Of a stretch of DNA of 64,000 bases, positions 62,636 through 64,000 are shown in pieces. Position numbers and translations under genes: made by a program. The stretch lies in assembly GCF_009914755.1 (NCBI RefSeq), contig NC_060927.1. One strand, written 5' to 3'. How positions within the stretch are numbered: the stretch's first letter is position 1; the number at the start of each line of letters is the position of its first letter. The DNA is from the human T2T-CHM13v2.0 reference genome, Homo sapiens. The notes under the pieces were generated by a model, which saw nothing but the letters and a program-made list of their open reading frames with translations, searched no databases and was not told the DNA's origin.

Positions 62636-62789
62636 AAGCATGCATGTAACTAATTTATTCTCATAAGCATGGTTTATACCTTTTCACTTTTTTCTATTTT
62701 TCTTTTCCTTTACCTTTTACCAAATAGTATACTATGTAATATACTTTCCCAAGATAGCAATGTGGTCTCCAATCAGTAATACAAATTTA

Positions 62790-63089
62790 TTTTATTTTAT
62801 TATTTTTTTTGAGATAAGGTCTTACTTTGTTGACCAGGCTGGAGTACAGTCGTGTGATCATGGATCACTGCAGCCTCCAACTTTTGGGCTCAAGGGATCC
62901 TCCCACCTCAGTCTTCTGAGTATCTGGGTCTACAGGCACATGCCACCACACCCAGCTAATTATTTTTTAGTAGAGACAGGGTCCCACTACGTTGCCCAGG
63001 CTGTTCTCAAACTTCTGGGCTCAAGCCAACCTCCCACCTCGACCTTCCAAAGTGTTAGAATTACAGGCATGAGCCACTGCACCTGGTCC
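62790..63089 (-). mobile_element. AluJ, antisense
   Basis: ggatcactgcagcctcc...gggctcaagggatcctcccacctcag; TSD-like caaattta. Confidence 0.87.
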
Positions 63090-63844
63090 AAATTTACTTT
63101 AAATTAATGCTTGATCTTTATGAGGTTGCTCTCACTAAACATTGTTGAATAATGAAGAGTAAGTTCTAAGAAGGATTTTCAAGCCCTGGCATCTCAAGTA
63201 GCCCCTTGAGTAGCCCCCAGAGGTCAACTGGCAGGTATTGATTAGGTTTTTTACCACCTCTCTGTTTCTGACTCTGAAAACCAAACATTTGAAACAACCT
63301 TTTGTTTCCTGGAGAAGTCTGCCCCATGATTTTGCATGTTTTGCCTAATTGCCTCTCTTTGAGGAGCTCTGAACTGCAGTGAAGAAGAGACCTGACGGAG
63401 GTGAGGCTGCTAAAGATATTGAGGACACACAACTTTATCATGTCCTCCCAGGTCTGAGCTACTAAGAAAAGTAACTAGGCTTATTAATAGGATAGACTAT
63501 CAATGAATGTGTACTTATTCATTAATTTATTCGCCACTTATTGAGTACCCACCGGGATCTGTGAAGGCATAGGAAAGCAAGTGAGCCTAAGTCTCTACCT
63601 TGAGAGAATTTACACTCTAGTGGAAGGGGATGGGAGGGGAGGGAGAGACAGATGTGTCTGTAGGCAGCTAGGATCTTAATGCAAGTTGTGTGATGGAGGG
63701 ATGCTAAAGGCGGGTATTTGTCAAAATTAATTGAGCTGTGCAAATTGAGGGTTTGTGCATCTTATTGTATGCAATATAATACATTTTTAAAGTACTGTTT
63801 AAAAAGAAACCCATTAAACTTGTTTTTTTAAAATAGCATTTATT

Positions 63845-63984
63845 AGCCAGGTGCAGTGAGTGGTATATGCCTATAGTCCCAGCTATTTGGAAGCCTTAGG
63901 TGATAGATCACTTGAGTCCAGGAGTTCAAGTTCAATCTGGGCAACATAACGAGACCCTTTCTCTAAAACAAACAACAACAACAA
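63845..63984 (+). mobile_element. Alu monomer (FLAM/FAM-like)
   Basis: Single arm with (AAC)n tail; TSD aaatagcattt(a/g)tta. Confidence 0.78.
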
Positions 63985-64000
63985 AAATAGCATTTGTTAA

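Overview
Eukaryotic, almost certainly human (or a very close ape), genomic DNA. The window holds the whole coding part of SERPINI1 (neuroserpin; human 3q26.1) on the + strand as 8 coding exons: 11019-11268, 12262-12492, 14480-14674, 16510-16714, 29136-29233, 44883-44969, 46370-46459 and 47144-47220. All introns are GT-AG. The exons join to 1233 nt (410 aa + stop), with a short 3'UTR and AATAAA at 47441. From established knowledge, the non-coding exon 1 and promoter lie upstream, outside the window. The rest is intronic or intergenic and repeat-rich: about 20 Alus, several L1 3' fragments, L2/MIR remnants, Tigger1/Tigger3/MER5/MER20 DNA-transposon fossils, and LTR8-, THE1-, MLT1-, MLT2- and MER52-type solo LTRs. 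Most other ORFs in the track are Alu, L1, LTR or chance ORFs. I see no convincing new multi-gene biological system. The best second-look items are: small template-switch scars (inverted templated insertions in a Tigger3 copy and a dup/inversion/dup in a MER5 copy); a second complete 3' splice site before exon 6 that would give an immediate stop; a three-level nested LTR with a sense promoter-like MER52 just upstream of the reactive-loop exons; and opposed L1 copies in intron 5, including a twin-primed L1. Repeat subfamily names come from recalled consensus motifs and need RepeatMasker/Dfam confirmation.
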